From assembly GCA_045540715.1 (NCBI GenBank), contig JAZQHT010000014.1, positions 55,761 to 119,760 of the forward strand: a DNA stretch of 64,000 nucleotides, written 5' to 3'. The notes under the pieces were generated by a model, which was not told where the DNA came from, made no database searches, and saw only the letters and a list, made by a program, of their open reading frames with translations. This DNA is from Acutalibacteraceae bacterium (GTDB lineage Bacteria; Bacillota; Clostridia; Oscillospirales; Acutalibacteraceae). The translations under genes and the position numbers were made by a program. Of the stretch, positions 36,726 to 46,679 are shown in pieces (the first letter of the stretch is position 1; each line of letters opens with the position of its first letter).

Positions 36726-37370
36726 TTATTTTATTGCATTAACATATTCACTTGCAAGCTTTGTTATTCCGTCGAAATCGTTACTATTTATCATTTGTTT
36801 ATTAACAATGTTTGTGCCAATTCCAAATCCAACACAACCGGCATTTAAATATTCTTTAATATTTTTATCGTTTATGCCGCCAACACCCAAAAACTTTATT
36901 TTGCTTAATGGCGCCTTTACAGCTTTAACATAACCGCTTCCTAAATTTGAAAGTGGAAAAAGTTTAACAAAATCTGCTCCACTACGATCTGCTAAGGTAA
37001 TTTCTGATGGTGTTAAAGCACCGGGCATTGAAACAAGCTCTAATTCTTTTGTTCTTTTAATTACTTCGGGGTTTGTATCCGGCGAAATAATAAATTTACC
37101 GCCCGCCTGCTGTGTTAGTTCAACCTGTTTTGTGTTTAAAACCGTTCCAGCCCCTATAAGCATTTTGCCTTTAAAATGCTCTGACAACATTTTTATATTA
37201 TTTGCCGTTTCTTCATCGCTTACGCTACCGTCCATAGAGTAGGTAATTTCTAATAGTCTTATACCACCGTTATACATAGCTTCTGTAAGGGGTATTAACT
37301 TTTTAGCTTCAACGCCGCGAACAATTACTATTATTTTTTCTTTTAAAACAGCGTTTATTGTATCTTGCAT
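36726..37370 (-). CDS. eda: KDPG / 4-hydroxy-2-oxoglutarate aldolase
   Basis: 214 aa. GGIRLLEITY, GAGTVLNTKQV and FVKLFP motifs. Confidence 0.85.
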   Translation of the reverse strand: MQDTINAVLKEKIIVIVRGVEAKKLIPLTEAMYNGGIRLLEITYSMDGSVSDEETANNIKMLSEHFKGKMLIGAGTVLNTKQVELTQQAGGKFIISPDTNPEVIKRTKELELVSMPGALTPSEITLADRSGADFVKLFPLSNLGSGYVKAVKAPLSKIKFLGVGGINDKNIKEYLNAGCVGFGIGTNIVNKQMINSNDFDGITKLASEYVNAIK

Positions 37371-37380
37371 TTTTAACTAC

Positions 37381-37977
37381 CTATTCTTTAAAAAAGTTTT
37401 CTTCAACTGCAGCGCAAATTACGTGGTAAATTGGTAAATGACACTCTTGAATTTTAAAGGTTTCGTTTTCGGGAGCAATAATTGCAATATCGCTCTTTTG
37501 GCCTAGTAGGCCGCCGTCTTTACCGCATAAACCGATAACGGTTAAGCCTAATTCTTTTGCAGTATCTACTGCGGCATCAACGTTTTTAGCGTTACCGCTT
37601 GTTGAAATACCAATTAAAATATCACCCTTTTTGCCAAGTCCTAAAACCTGTTGAGCAAAAATTAAGTTGGGGTCAACGTCGTTACAAAATGCGGTAAGTA
37701 AAGCACTTGCTTCACATAAAGACACGGCAGGTAAACCTTGTTGTAATTTTGAGATTACGGGGTGATTACTTCCTGTTGGGCGCATTTTTAAAAAGCCTTT
37801 CATAAGTTCACCAACAATATGTGCGCAATCACTAGCACTGCCTCCGTTACCACAAAGTAGCACCTTACCGCCGTTTTTATAGCACTCGGTAATTGCGTTG
37901 ATTGCATTTTCAATTTCGTTGCTTAATGGAGCAAGTTTAGGATATCTTTCGTTTAATTCTTCAATATATTTATTCAT
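37381..37977 (-). CDS. SIS-domain sugar-phosphate isomerase (GmhA/DiaA-like)
   Basis: 198 aa. VLLCGNGGSASDCAHIVGEL. Confidence 0.8.
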   Translation of the reverse strand: MNKYIEELNERYPKLAPLSNEIENAINAITECYKNGGKVLLCGNGGSASDCAHIVGELMKGFLKMRPTGSNHPVISKLQQGLPAVSLCEASALLTAFCNDVDPNLIFAQQVLGLGKKGDILIGISTSGNAKNVDAAVDTAKELGLTVIGLCGKDGGLLGQKSDIAIIAPENETFKIQECHLPIYHVICAAVEENFFKE

Positions 37978-37988
37978 TTTTATTACCT

Positions 37989-38957
37989 CTATTTATTTTT
38001 CATACCATATACGCCAACTGTTAAAGCGGCAAAATCACCAATTTGTTCGTGAAGTAAAGCAGGAAGCACTTCGCAAACAGAAGCAGAAATGCTTAATGCC
38101 TCTTTATCTATGACCTCTTTACAGCTTTCCCATAGTCCGTTACGGCTGCGTGTAAAAATACTGCCAATAACAATTCTTTCGGGGTTAAATAGGTCAATTA
38201 AAATTGAAAGGCCTTTGCCTAAATATTTACCGCAAAGACGATATACTTCAATTGCAGTTGGATCGCCATACTGTTCGGCCGCAATAGCAACGCTTTTTGC
38301 AGTAATACCTTCAGGTGCTGTATCGGGGTTAAAATATAGTGGGGTGTTGCCTTGTTGATGAGCTTCAAGACCTAATGTATAGCCTAATTGAGCAATACCG
38401 CCGCCCGAACAAAAGCCTTCAAAACTGCCTCTTTTACCAAAGCCGACCGGTCCGTTTTCGCTAAGTCTAATGTGGCCCAGCTCCCCTGCATTACCGTTTG
38501 TACCTTCATAAAGTTTGCCGTCTAAAATTAGACCCGCACCAAGTCCCGTGCCAAAGGTCATAAATATCATATTATTACTGCCCATACCGGCACCATAAAG
38601 CCACTCGGCAAGTGCGCAAGCATTAGCATCGTTTTGCAAAAATGCAGGAATTTTAAATTCTTCTTCTAAAATTTCAACAATTTTAAAATCTTTAAAATTA
38701 GGTAGGTTTGGTGGGCAAAGAATTGTACCGGTTTTACTATCTAACGGGCCACCGCAAGAAATACCAATGCACTCTGCATTATATTTTTCTTTATATTCTT
38801 TTATGGTGGGGTAAAATTCTTTAAGCATATCTAAACCCGAAATATTGGTATTAGTTTTAAAAACTTGTTTTTCTAAAACCTTAATTTCGCCATCTAATGC
38901 TTCACCAATAATAACCGCACATTTAGTGCCGCCAATATCTAAACCAATAATATTCAA
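37989..38957 (-). CDS. ROK-family sugar kinase
   Basis: 322 aa. IGLDIGGTKCAV, NDANACALAEW and GNAGELGH. Confidence 0.85.
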   Translation of the reverse strand: MNIIGLDIGGTKCAVIIGEALDGEIKVLEKQVFKTNTNISGLDMLKEFYPTIKEYKEKYNAECIGISCGGPLDSKTGTILCPPNLPNFKDFKIVEILEEEFKIPAFLQNDANACALAEWLYGAGMGSNNMIFMTFGTGLGAGLILDGKLYEGTNGNAGELGHIRLSENGPVGFGKRGSFEGFCSGGGIAQLGYTLGLEAHQQGNTPLYFNPDTAPEGITAKSVAIAAEQYGDPTAIEVYRLCGKYLGKGLSILIDLFNPERIVIGSIFTRSRNGLWESCKEVIDKEALSISASVCEVLPALLHEQIGDFAALTVGVYGMKNK

Positions 38958-39109
38958 GATATCACTTCCTTAAAAACATTATAAACCAAAAGCAATATTT
39001 ATGCAATTACATATTTAAATAAAATAATTGAAAATATTATATTTATAATATATAATAAATACATATTAATTTACCGCAAGTTTTTAAGATATTTTTTAGG
39101 AGATAATTT

Positions 39110-40075
39110 ATGATGAAATTTAATATTTCGGGTTCTTCGGTTGAATGTTTTGCAGTTATTAAAGATATAACCATTAAAACAAGCGCCAAAGGTGGCGAGT
39201 TTTTGGATATGAACCTTACTAACAAAACCGGTGCAATAAATGCAAAATTATGGGATTACAGCCCCTTAATTCACGGCAGTTTCATTGCTGGAGACGTTAT
39301 TAAGGTTAGAGGTGTTTTATCTCAATTTAACGGGGCAGACCAACTTAAAATTGAAAAAATCAGACATATTACTTCTAACGATAATATTAACCCTTCTGAT
39401 TACGTTAAATCGGCTGATTTTGATTCTGATGAAATGTTTAACGCCCTTATTGAAATTGCAAACGGCTTTTCTGATAACACCTTAAAGGCAATTACCCTTG
39501 ATATATTAAATGCATATAAAGAAAAGCTACTTATTTGGCCTGCCGCCTTTAAACTTCATCACGCGGTTCGTGGCGGCCTACTTTATCACACACTTTCGGT
39601 TGTTCGCCTAGCGCAAAGTTTAATAACCGTTTACCCGTTTATTGATAGTGATTTGCTTCTTTCGGGCGCCATTTTGCACGACGTTGGCAAAATTGAAGAA
39701 TTAGATGCTACCGAACTTGGCGTTTCAACGGGTTATACTTTTGAAGGTAATTTGATTGGCCACTTAACAAAGGGCGCCATTTTGGTTGACAGCACCGCTA
39801 AAAAATTAGGTTTAGAAGGTGAAAGCGTAACGCTACTTACACACATGATGGTAAGCCACCACGGTGTGCCTGAATATGGCTCTGCGGTTCTTCCCCAATT
39901 TTTAGAAGCAATTTTACTTAATATGCTTGATAATATTGATGCCACAGCCTATGAAGTTTTAGAAGAAACGGGAGAGGTTGCAAAGGGCGAATTTACAGGC
40001 AAAGTATTTTGTTTAGATGGCCGCAAACTTTATAACCACGGCCGTAAAGACCGCAAAAAACCCAATATATTATAA
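39110..40075 (+). CDS. yhaM: 3'-5' exoribonuclease YhaM (OB-fold + HD domain)
   Basis: 321 aa. HHAVRGGLLYHTLSV and GAILHDVGK. Confidence 0.85.
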   Translation: MMKFNISGSSVECFAVIKDITIKTSAKGGEFLDMNLTNKTGAINAKLWDYSPLIHGSFIAGDVIKVRGVLSQFNGADQLKIEKIRHITSNDNINPSDYVKSADFDSDEMFNALIEIANGFSDNTLKAITLDILNAYKEKLLIWPAAFKLHHAVRGGLLYHTLSVVRLAQSLITVYPFIDSDLLLSGAILHDVGKIEELDATELGVSTGYTFEGNLIGHLTKGAILVDSTAKKLGLEGESVTLLTHMMVSHHGVPEYGSAVLPQFLEAILLNMLDNIDATAYEVLEETGEVAKGEFTGKVFCLDGRKLYNHGRKDRKKPNIL

Positions 40076-40131
40076 AAACAAAGCACCGAAATCTCGGTGC
40101 TTTTATTTTTGAAAAAATTTTTAAAAAACTC

Positions 40132-40160
40132 TTGACAAACCCTCGTTATTTAATTATAAT
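40132..40160 (+). promoter_or_regulatory. sigma-A promoter for tRNA-Met/Glu
   Basis: TTGACA, 17 nt, TATAAT. Confidence 0.75.
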
Positions 40161-40189
40161 ATTTAAGTCGCTATATGGCGGCCTCATAT

Positions 40190-40266
40190 GGCGGTATAGC
40201 TCAGCTGGCTAGAGCATTCGGTTCATACCCGAAGTGTCGTTGGTTCAAATCCGACTGCCGCTACCA
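40190..40266 (+). tRNA. tRNA-Met (CAT), elongator type
   Basis: GGCGGTATAGCTCAGCTGGCTAGAGCATTCGGTTCATACCCGAAGTGTCGTTGGTTCAAATCCGACTGCCGCTACCA. Acceptor and D-arm resemble Firmicute elongator tRNA-Met. Confidence 0.85.
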
Positions 40267-40305
40267 ATTAAATTATAAACCCTAACGGGTTTTATATATA
40301 CGCAC

Positions 40306-40380
40306 GGCCCGGTGGTCAAGCGGTTAAGACACCGCCCTTTCACGGCGGTAACACGGGTTCGATTCCCGTCCGGGTCACCA
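40306..40380 (+). tRNA. tRNA-Glu (TTC)
   Basis: GGCCCGGTGGTCAAGCGGTTAAGACACCGCCCTTTCACGGCGGTAACACGGGTTCGATTCCCGTCCGGGTCACCA. Confidence 0.9.
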
Positions 40381-40384
40381 AAAA

Positions 40385-40413
40385 AGAACGAAGAAAAAGC
40401 TTCGTTCTTTTTT
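40385..40413 (+). terminator. intrinsic terminator after tRNA-Glu
   Basis: agaacgaag-aaaaag-cttcgttct followed by tttttt. Confidence 0.85.
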
Positions 40414-40482
40414 ACTTTTTACCTATTGTTTTTTTAATATTAAATAAAACAAAAAGTCGAGCAACAAAGCGCTCGACTTTTT

Positions 40483-41301
40483 TTATTTAATAAAATTTTC
40501 TAAAATGTATTTTGCAGAGTGCTCTTTATAATTGCATATAACCTTATTAGCTACTTCTTTTAATTCTTCCACCGCATTTTCAACCGCAAGACCAAGCCCC
40601 GCCATTTTTACCATTGTGCAATCGTTGGTGCTGTCTCCTACCGCTATTGTGGCATTTCTATCTATACCTAATATATCCGCAAGGCACATAAGCGAATTAC
40701 CCTTGCCGGCTTCTTTTGCCACTATTTCAATGTTATTAGGATCTGTTTGTGCAATAATAACGTCATTATCGTTTTCAAAATATTTTTGGCAGTCAATAAG
40801 ATCTTTTTTATTTTTAAAAAAAGGTACAAGCATTGAAATTCCATCTAACGAATAAACAAATTCTTTAAAGTTCTCTTTTGCCACTTCTTTTGCTAAAGAA
40901 AATTCCACCCAATGCTTATTCATATTATAGCTTTTATAAATTTCGGCATCGTGCTTTTGCTTATCGCAATAAGAATAAATATCGTGATGAACAAATATAC
41001 AAATATCGTAAGAAAAAAGTTTATCTAAAACTTGCTTTGTTTTTTCTTTTTTCATTAAAAACTCAAACATTTCGTTATTTTGTTTGTCGTAAATTTGAGC
41101 ACCATCTGAAACAATATAATATCTAAAAAGCTCGGTTTCTTTTAGGTGTTTTGGCAGTTCGTCAAAGGCGCGGCCTGTTGCCGGCACAAAATAAACACCT
41201 TTATTAATTATTTCTTTTATAGCATTTTGGTTTTCTTCGCTTATGGCATCATGACGTAAAAGAGTGCCGTCAAGGTCAGAAGCAATAATTTTATAATCCA
41301 T
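40483..41301 (-). CDS. Cof-type HAD-IIB phosphatase
   Basis: IIASDLDGTLL and GDSTNDCTM motifs. I prefer ATG 41301 to the track's GTG 41331. Confidence 0.85.
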   Translation of the reverse strand: MDYKIIASDLDGTLLRHDAISEENQNAIKEIINKGVYFVPATGRAFDELPKHLKETELFRYYIVSDGAQIYDKQNNEMFEFLMKKEKTKQVLDKLFSYDICIFVHHDIYSYCDKQKHDAEIYKSYNMNKHWVEFSLAKEVAKENFKEFVYSLDGISMLVPFFKNKKDLIDCQKYFENDNDVIIAQTDPNNIEIVAKEAGKGNSLMCLADILGIDRNATIAVGDSTNDCTMVKMAGLGLAVENAVEELKEVANKVICNYKEHSAKYILENFIK

Positions 41302-41354
41302 ATTTTTTACCTTTGCATATTTAACCCCCACTAAAAATAGTGGGGGATTTTTAA

Positions 41355-42641
41355 TTATTTTGTTGGGATTAACTTTTCTTTACCGCCCATATATGGTTGT
41401 AAAGCTTTTGGAATTAATACACTACCGTCAGCTTGTAGGTTATTTTCTAAAAATGCAATTAACATTCTAGGAGGAGCAACAACGGTGTTATTGAGTGTGT
41501 GTGCCAAATATTTACCATTTTCGCCTGCAACACGAATTTTTAATCTTCTTGCTTGGGCATCGCCTAAGTTAGAGCAAGAGCCAACTTCAAAATATTTTTG
41601 TTGGCGGGGGCTCCAAGCTTCAACGTCAACAGATTTAACCTTTAAATCTGCAAGGTCGCCAGAGCAGCACTCTAAGGTTCTTACAGGTATATCTAAAGAA
41701 CGGAATAAATCAACTGTATTTTGCCATAGCTTATCAAACCACATTGGGCTGTCTTCGGGTTTACAAACAACAATCATTTCTTGTTTTTCAAACTGGTGAA
41801 TTCTATAAACGCCGCGTTCTTCAAGTCCGTGTGCGCCCTTTTCTTTTCTAAAGCAGGGTGAATAGCTTGTAAGTGTTTGAGGCAAAGTATCTTCGGGTAC
41901 GATTGTATCAATAAATTTACCAATCATACTGTGTTCGCTAGTACCGATAAGATAAAGGTCTTCCCCCTCAATTTTATACATCATAGCTTCCATTTCTGCA
42001 AAAGACATAACGCCTGTTACAACGTCGCTTCTAATCATAAATGGAGGAATACAATAAGTAAAGCCACGGTCAATCATAAAATCTCTGGCATAAGAAATAA
42101 CTGCAGAGTGTAATCTTGCGATATCGCCCATTAAGTAATAAAAGCCGTTACCAGCAACCCTTCTTGCGCTATCAAGGTCAATTCCGTTAAAGCGTTCCAT
42201 AATATCTGTGTGATATGGCACCTCAAAATCGGGTGTAAAAGCTTCGCCGTAACGTTTTACTTCAACGTTTTCGCTGTCGTCCTTACCAATTGGAACAGAT
42301 GGGTCAATAATGTTAGGAATAACCATCATAATTTTTTTGATTTTTTCGTTTAATTCTGCTTCTTTTGCTTCAAGTTCAGCTAATCTTGCTGCATTTTCTG
42401 CAACTTCTTTTTTCTTTAGTTCTGCTTCTTCACGAAGGCCTTTTGCCATAAGGCCGCCAATTTCTTTAGAAATGCGGTTACGAGAACCACGAAGACCATC
42501 GGCTTCACCTTTCACGGCTCTGTTTTCTTCGTCAAGAGCAATTACTTCGTCAACTAAAGGTAACTTGCTGTCTTGAAATTTATTTTTAATGTTTTGTTTA
42601 ACGATTTCAGGATTTTCTCTTAAAAATTTAATGTCTAACAT
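41355..42641 (-). CDS. serS: serine--tRNA ligase
   Basis: 428 aa. MLDIKFLRENPE..., coiled-coil arm, class II core. Confidence 0.95.
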   Translation of the reverse strand: MLDIKFLRENPEIVKQNIKNKFQDSKLPLVDEVIALDEENRAVKGEADGLRGSRNRISKEIGGLMAKGLREEAELKKKEVAENAARLAELEAKEAELNEKIKKIMMVIPNIIDPSVPIGKDDSENVEVKRYGEAFTPDFEVPYHTDIMERFNGIDLDSARRVAGNGFYYLMGDIARLHSAVISYARDFMIDRGFTYCIPPFMIRSDVVTGVMSFAEMEAMMYKIEGEDLYLIGTSEHSMIGKFIDTIVPEDTLPQTLTSYSPCFRKEKGAHGLEERGVYRIHQFEKQEMIVVCKPEDSPMWFDKLWQNTVDLFRSLDIPVRTLECCSGDLADLKVKSVDVEAWSPRQQKYFEVGSCSNLGDAQARRLKIRVAGENGKYLAHTLNNTVVAPPRMLIAFLENNLQADGSVLIPKALQPYMGGKEKLIPTK

Positions 42642-42650
42642 TTATATAAC

Positions 42651-43490
42651 CTACCATTCTCTATCTGTTAAGCGCTTTGCAATATCGCTTAATTCTTCTT
42701 TGTTGTAAAACTCAATTGTAATTGTGCCCTTGCCGTTTTTCTTTGAGTTTATTTTAACCGAGCGGCGCATTGCATTTTTTAATGCAATTGCCGTTTCGTC
42801 GTAAAAGCGGTCTTTAACTTCGGGCATATCAATTTGTTTTGTGGGGGCAGCTTTAAAGTTTTCTATTTCTCTAACGCTAGCACCATTAATTGCCGCCTTT
42901 AAAGCATCTTCGCGAAGACGTAAATCTTCAATAGATAAAAGAGCTTTAGCATGTCCTAAAGAGATTTTACCTTCTTTTAAGGCTCTGCGTGAGGCACCGT
43001 CTAAAGAAAGCACTCTAAGTGAATTTGCCACGTAACTACGGCTTTTATTGACCTTTTTTGCAACCTGCTCTTGTGTAAGGCCCAATTCTTTAATTAAGTT
43101 ACTATAACCTTCTGCCTCTTCAATTGGGTTTAGGTCTTCACGCTGCAAGTTTTCAATTAAGGCAATTTCCATTACCTCGTCATCACGAAACTCACGAATT
43201 ACTGCTTTAATTGTTGAAAGACCTGCTTTTCTTGAAGCACGCCAACGACGTTCACCTGCAATTATTTGATAACGTCCGTTTGTAAGTGGACGCACCAAAA
43301 TTGGTTGCAAAAGTCCGTGTTCTTTTATAGAAGCTGCAAGTTCTTCTAAAGCTTCTTCAGAAAAATCTTTACGAGGTTGATTTTTGTTTGGCTCAACCTC
43401 CATAATTCTAAGTTCAACGCTACCGGTTGATTCGGTATTATCCATAAAAAGCGAATCCAAGCCGCGTCCAAGTCCGCCTATTTTAGCCAT
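42651..43490 (-). CDS. parB: ParB/Spo0J partition protein
   Basis: GLGRGLDSLF, LLQPILVRP and IAGERRWRA. Confidence 0.9.
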   Translation of the reverse strand: MAKIGGLGRGLDSLFMDNTESTGSVELRIMEVEPNKNQPRKDFSEEALEELAASIKEHGLLQPILVRPLTNGRYQIIAGERRWRASRKAGLSTIKAVIREFRDDEVMEIALIENLQREDLNPIEEAEGYSNLIKELGLTQEQVAKKVNKSRSYVANSLRVLSLDGASRRALKEGKISLGHAKALLSIEDLRLREDALKAAINGASVREIENFKAAPTKQIDMPEVKDRFYDETAIALKNAMRRSVKINSKKNGKGTITIEFYNKEELSDIAKRLTDREW

Positions 43491-43504
43491 CTTTACTTCT
43501 CCTT

Positions 43505-44275
43505 TTAAAAGCCTTTTTTGTTTGCTTTTATAAATTCTTTCGCAAGGTCGTTATAAGCGTTTGCACCTTTAGAGTGCTTATCGTAATACTGAATTGGTTT
43601 ACCAAAAGAGGGTGCTTCTGAAAGGCGAACCGCTCTTGGAATAACTGTGGAATAAAGTTTTTTACCAAAGAACTTTTTAATTTCTGCAACTACCTGACGG
43701 GTTAAATTTAATCGGCCGTCGTACATAGTTAAAAGTACGCCCTCAAGCTCAATTAAAGAGTTATATCTTAATTTTACCTGCCTTACGGAAGCCATTAACT
43801 GACTTAGCCCTTCAAGTGCAAAATATTCGCACTGAATTGGAACTAAAAAGCTATCACTTGCTGTTAATGCGTTAATTGTGATAATGCTTAATGAAGGTGG
43901 GCAGTCTATAAAAATAAAGTCGTAATTATCTCTTACTGTTGAAAGGGCATTTTTAAGGGCATTTTCGCGACTGGAAACAGAAATAAGTTCAATTTCTGCA
44001 CCTGCTAAATCCATAGTAGTTGGAATTACGTCAACGTTTTTAAATGCCGTTTTTACTATTGCGTCGTTAGCCGAAATTTCCCCCATTAAAAGTGTATAAC
44101 TTGTGTTTTTAATGTTTTTAGAAATTCCGTAAGCAGAGGTGGTGTTACCTTGTGGGTCAAGGTCAATTAGCAGCACCTTTTTTCCGGCAATGCCGACTGC
44201 GGCCGCCAGATTAACTGCTGTGGTGGTTTTACCAACCCCACCCTTTTGATTTACAATAGAAATTATTTTACCCAT
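43505..44275 (-). CDS. parA: ParA/Soj ATPase
   Basis: NQKGGVGKTTTAVNLA deviant Walker A. Confidence 0.9.
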   Translation of the reverse strand: MGKIISIVNQKGGVGKTTTAVNLAAAVGIAGKKVLLIDLDPQGNTTSAYGISKNIKNTSYTLLMGEISANDAIVKTAFKNVDVIPTTMDLAGAEIELISVSSRENALKNALSTVRDNYDFIFIDCPPSLSIITINALTASDSFLVPIQCEYFALEGLSQLMASVRQVKLRYNSLIELEGVLLTMYDGRLNLTRQVVAEIKKFFGKKLYSTVIPRAVRLSEAPSFGKPIQYYDKHSKGANAYNDLAKEFIKANKKGF

Positions 44276-44296
44276 TTTTCTTCCTTAAATTGTTTT

Positions 44297-45304
44297 TTAA
44301 TTATAACCCATTGGGTTATTTTCTTGCCAACGCCATGTGTCAATACACATTCTTTCAACGTCGTACTCTGCAGTCCAACCTAAAACTTCTTTTGCTTTAT
44401 CGGGTAAAGCATATACAGTTGCAAGGTCGCCTGGGCGACGTGCTACGATTTTAAATGGAACTTCTTTGCCACTTGCTTTTTCAAAAGCATTTTTAAGTTC
44501 TAATACGCTTGTTCCCTTACCTGTACCTAGGTTAAATGCTTCGCAACCGGTTGCTTTTAATACGTATTCAACCGCTTTAACGTGGCCGCGTGCTAGGTCC
44601 ACTACGTGTATGTAATCTCTAACGCCGGTGCCGTCGGGTGTATTATAATCATCACCAAAAACGGAAAGCTCTTTTAGTCTTCCTACTGCCACTTGAGAAA
44701 TATATGGCATTAGATTATTAGGAATACCGTTGGGATCTTCGCCAATAAGGCCACTTTCGTGCGCGCCAATGGGGTTAAAGTAACGAAGCAATGCAATACT
44801 CCACTCTTCGCTAACCGCCAAGTCGCGTAAAATTTCTTCAATAAATAATTTGGTTTTGCCATAAGGGTTTATAGCTCCTAGTGGCATATCTTCTTTTAGG
44901 GGCATTTCTTCTTGTGTGCCATAAACTGTAGCAGAAGAGGAAAATACTAGCTTTTTGCAGTTGTTTTCTCTCATAACTTCGCAAAGAACAAGTGTTGAAA
45001 TTAGGTTGTTATCGTAATATTCAAGTGGTTTTGCAACACTTTCACCAACAGCTTTTAGCCCTGCAAAGTGAATAACCGAATCAATTTTTTCTTGTTTGAA
45101 AATATTATCAAGAGCGGCTTTATCTCTTAAATCAATTTCATAGAACTTAATTGTTTTGCCTGTAATTGTTTTTAAACGATTTAAAACCTCTTTTTTAGAG
45201 TTGCAAAGATTATCTGCAACCACAACTTCGTAACCTGCGTTAATAAGTTCAATACAAGTATGTGAACCAATAAAGCCCGTTCCGCCTGAAATTAACACTG
45301 CCAT
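44297..45304 (-). CDS. galE: UDP-glucose 4-epimerase
   Basis: 335 aa. ISGGTGFIGSHT, YGKTK. Confidence 0.9.
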   Translation of the reverse strand: MAVLISGGTGFIGSHTCIELINAGYEVVVADNLCNSKKEVLNRLKTITGKTIKFYEIDLRDKAALDNIFKQEKIDSVIHFAGLKAVGESVAKPLEYYDNNLISTLVLCEVMRENNCKKLVFSSSATVYGTQEEMPLKEDMPLGAINPYGKTKLFIEEILRDLAVSEEWSIALLRYFNPIGAHESGLIGEDPNGIPNNLMPYISQVAVGRLKELSVFGDDYNTPDGTGVRDYIHVVDLARGHVKAVEYVLKATGCEAFNLGTGKGTSVLELKNAFEKASGKEVPFKIVARRPGDLATVYALPDKAKEVLGWTAEYDVERMCIDTWRWQENNPMGYN

Positions 45305-45543
45305 AAAAAACGCTCCCTTTATATTAAATAAATTAAATATATAGATATAATAATTGTACTTTTATATTTTAGTTTTGTCAACTGTTCGCGCAAAATAAAA
45401 AATAAATGTTTTTGAATTTTTTGTTAATTTTTATTTTTAAATCAAAAAATGGTTGTTTTTTTAATATCTTTTAGTTATAATAACAGTACTGGTCAAAAAA
45501 ATTGGCCATATAATAGAAAAAATTTAAACCTTTTGGTGAAATT

Positions 45544-46647
45544 ATGAAACTACATATAATTTCTGAACAGGTTGGTTTAGAGGGTTATTGGATTACTGAT
45601 ATTTTAGACGGTATTGCAAAAGAATCGCTAAAGAAAAACATTGCAATTGTTGATTATAACGGCGGTTCTATCGACCTTTCTCCGGAAGCTCCAAGACCAA
45701 TTGTACTGGCCATTGGCTATTCAATGCATTGGATGGAAAAAACCTGTGAAGAACTAAAACAAAACAACATATTACCCATTTTGGTAAATGCTGATAACGG
45801 ACTTATTGCTGATATGTTAGGCCCCATTGGTACAGTAAGTTTTGGTATTCGTCGTGCGGTTTATGAAGTGCTTTCTTATTTAATTTCCATAAAACGCAGT
45901 AAAATTGCCCTATTCGGTGCACATTTAGAGGTTTATTCTGACGATGTTAAAAGCGAAGAATTTTTACGACTTGTCAACTTTTGGGATTTAAATTTAAGCA
46001 ACAGAGACGTTTTTAGAAGCGATAGCATTGCAAGTTGTTTTGAAAAGATTAAACCTTTTTTAGAAAACTATAATGCAATTTTCTGTACTTCTGATGCGGC
46101 CGCCGCTTATTTAATTGAAAAGTGCCAGGCATTAGGGCTAAGAGTGCCGCAAGATATTGCAATTATTGGCTTTGGTAATGCTCGTTTTACCGAAAAGTTT
46201 AGCCCAGCAATTACCACTGTTGAAAACAACTATGTTGAACTTGGCCGCCAAGCAGTTAAGCTTCATCAACTTTTACAAAAGAACACTGATATTAACGCGG
46301 CTTCCATTTCGGTTGACTGCCCAATCATATTAAGAAATTCAACACCCGGCATTACTCCTTCTCACAACCCAATCCCTACTAAAAACGAGGGCAAAGTTCC
46401 TTCTTACGATGCCGACCCGGATTTTATGAAGGCGCTTATGGCCGAAGAACTACTAAAAAATTGGGATGATATTGATAAGGCAATTGCATTTGGCCTTGTT
46501 AATAATAAAACTGTTGTTTCTATTGCTGAAGGGCTTTATATTTCGGTTTCGGCGGTTAAATACAGAATTAAAAAGATGCTTGTTTCTACCGACCTTAAAA
46601 CAAAAGCCGAGCTTATAAAACTTATTAAAAAATATAACTTAATATAA
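45544..46647 (+). CDS. hybrid regulator: LacI-type sugar-binding (PBP1) domain + C-terminal LuxR/GerE-type HTH
   Basis: 367 aa with no N-terminal HTH. The core ...FCTSDAAAAYLIEKCQALGLRVPQDIAIIGFGN...PAITTVE is LacI-effector-domain-like. The C-terminus VSIAEGLYISVSAVKYRIKKML is LuxR-like. Confidence 0.6.
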   Translation: MKLHIISEQVGLEGYWITDILDGIAKESLKKNIAIVDYNGGSIDLSPEAPRPIVLAIGYSMHWMEKTCEELKQNNILPILVNADNGLIADMLGPIGTVSFGIRRAVYEVLSYLISIKRSKIALFGAHLEVYSDDVKSEEFLRLVNFWDLNLSNRDVFRSDSIASCFEKIKPFLENYNAIFCTSDAAAAYLIEKCQALGLRVPQDIAIIGFGNARFTEKFSPAITTVENNYVELGRQAVKLHQLLQKNTDINAASISVDCPIILRNSTPGITPSHNPIPTKNEGKVPSYDADPDFMKALMAEELLKNWDDIDKAIAFGLVNNKTVVSIAEGLYISVSAVKYRIKKMLVSTDLKTKAELIKLIKKYNLI

Positions 46648-46679
46648 CAAAAAGGAAGAAGTGAAAACTTCTTCCTTTT

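Noticed and set aside
40173-40197. Direct repeat ATATGGCGG...ATATGGCGG at the tRNA-Met 5' end
   Set aside because: The second copy is simply the start of the tRNA acceptor stem. A 9-nt repeat in the leader is most likely chance or processing context, not a mobile-element target duplication.
42642-42650. Expected T-box leader upstream of serS
   Set aside because: Only 9 nt separate the parB stop from the serS start, so there is no room for a leader. serS appears co-transcribed with parAB here.
42651-44275. parAB as a marker of the replication origin, or a plasmid/ICE partition module
   Set aside because: No dnaA, rsmG, mnmG, rnpA or other origin-proximal genes are present. I found no parS-like TGTTNCACGTGAAACA by eye, and the flanks are housekeeping genes (galE, serS). 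Position relative to oriC cannot be judged from this window.
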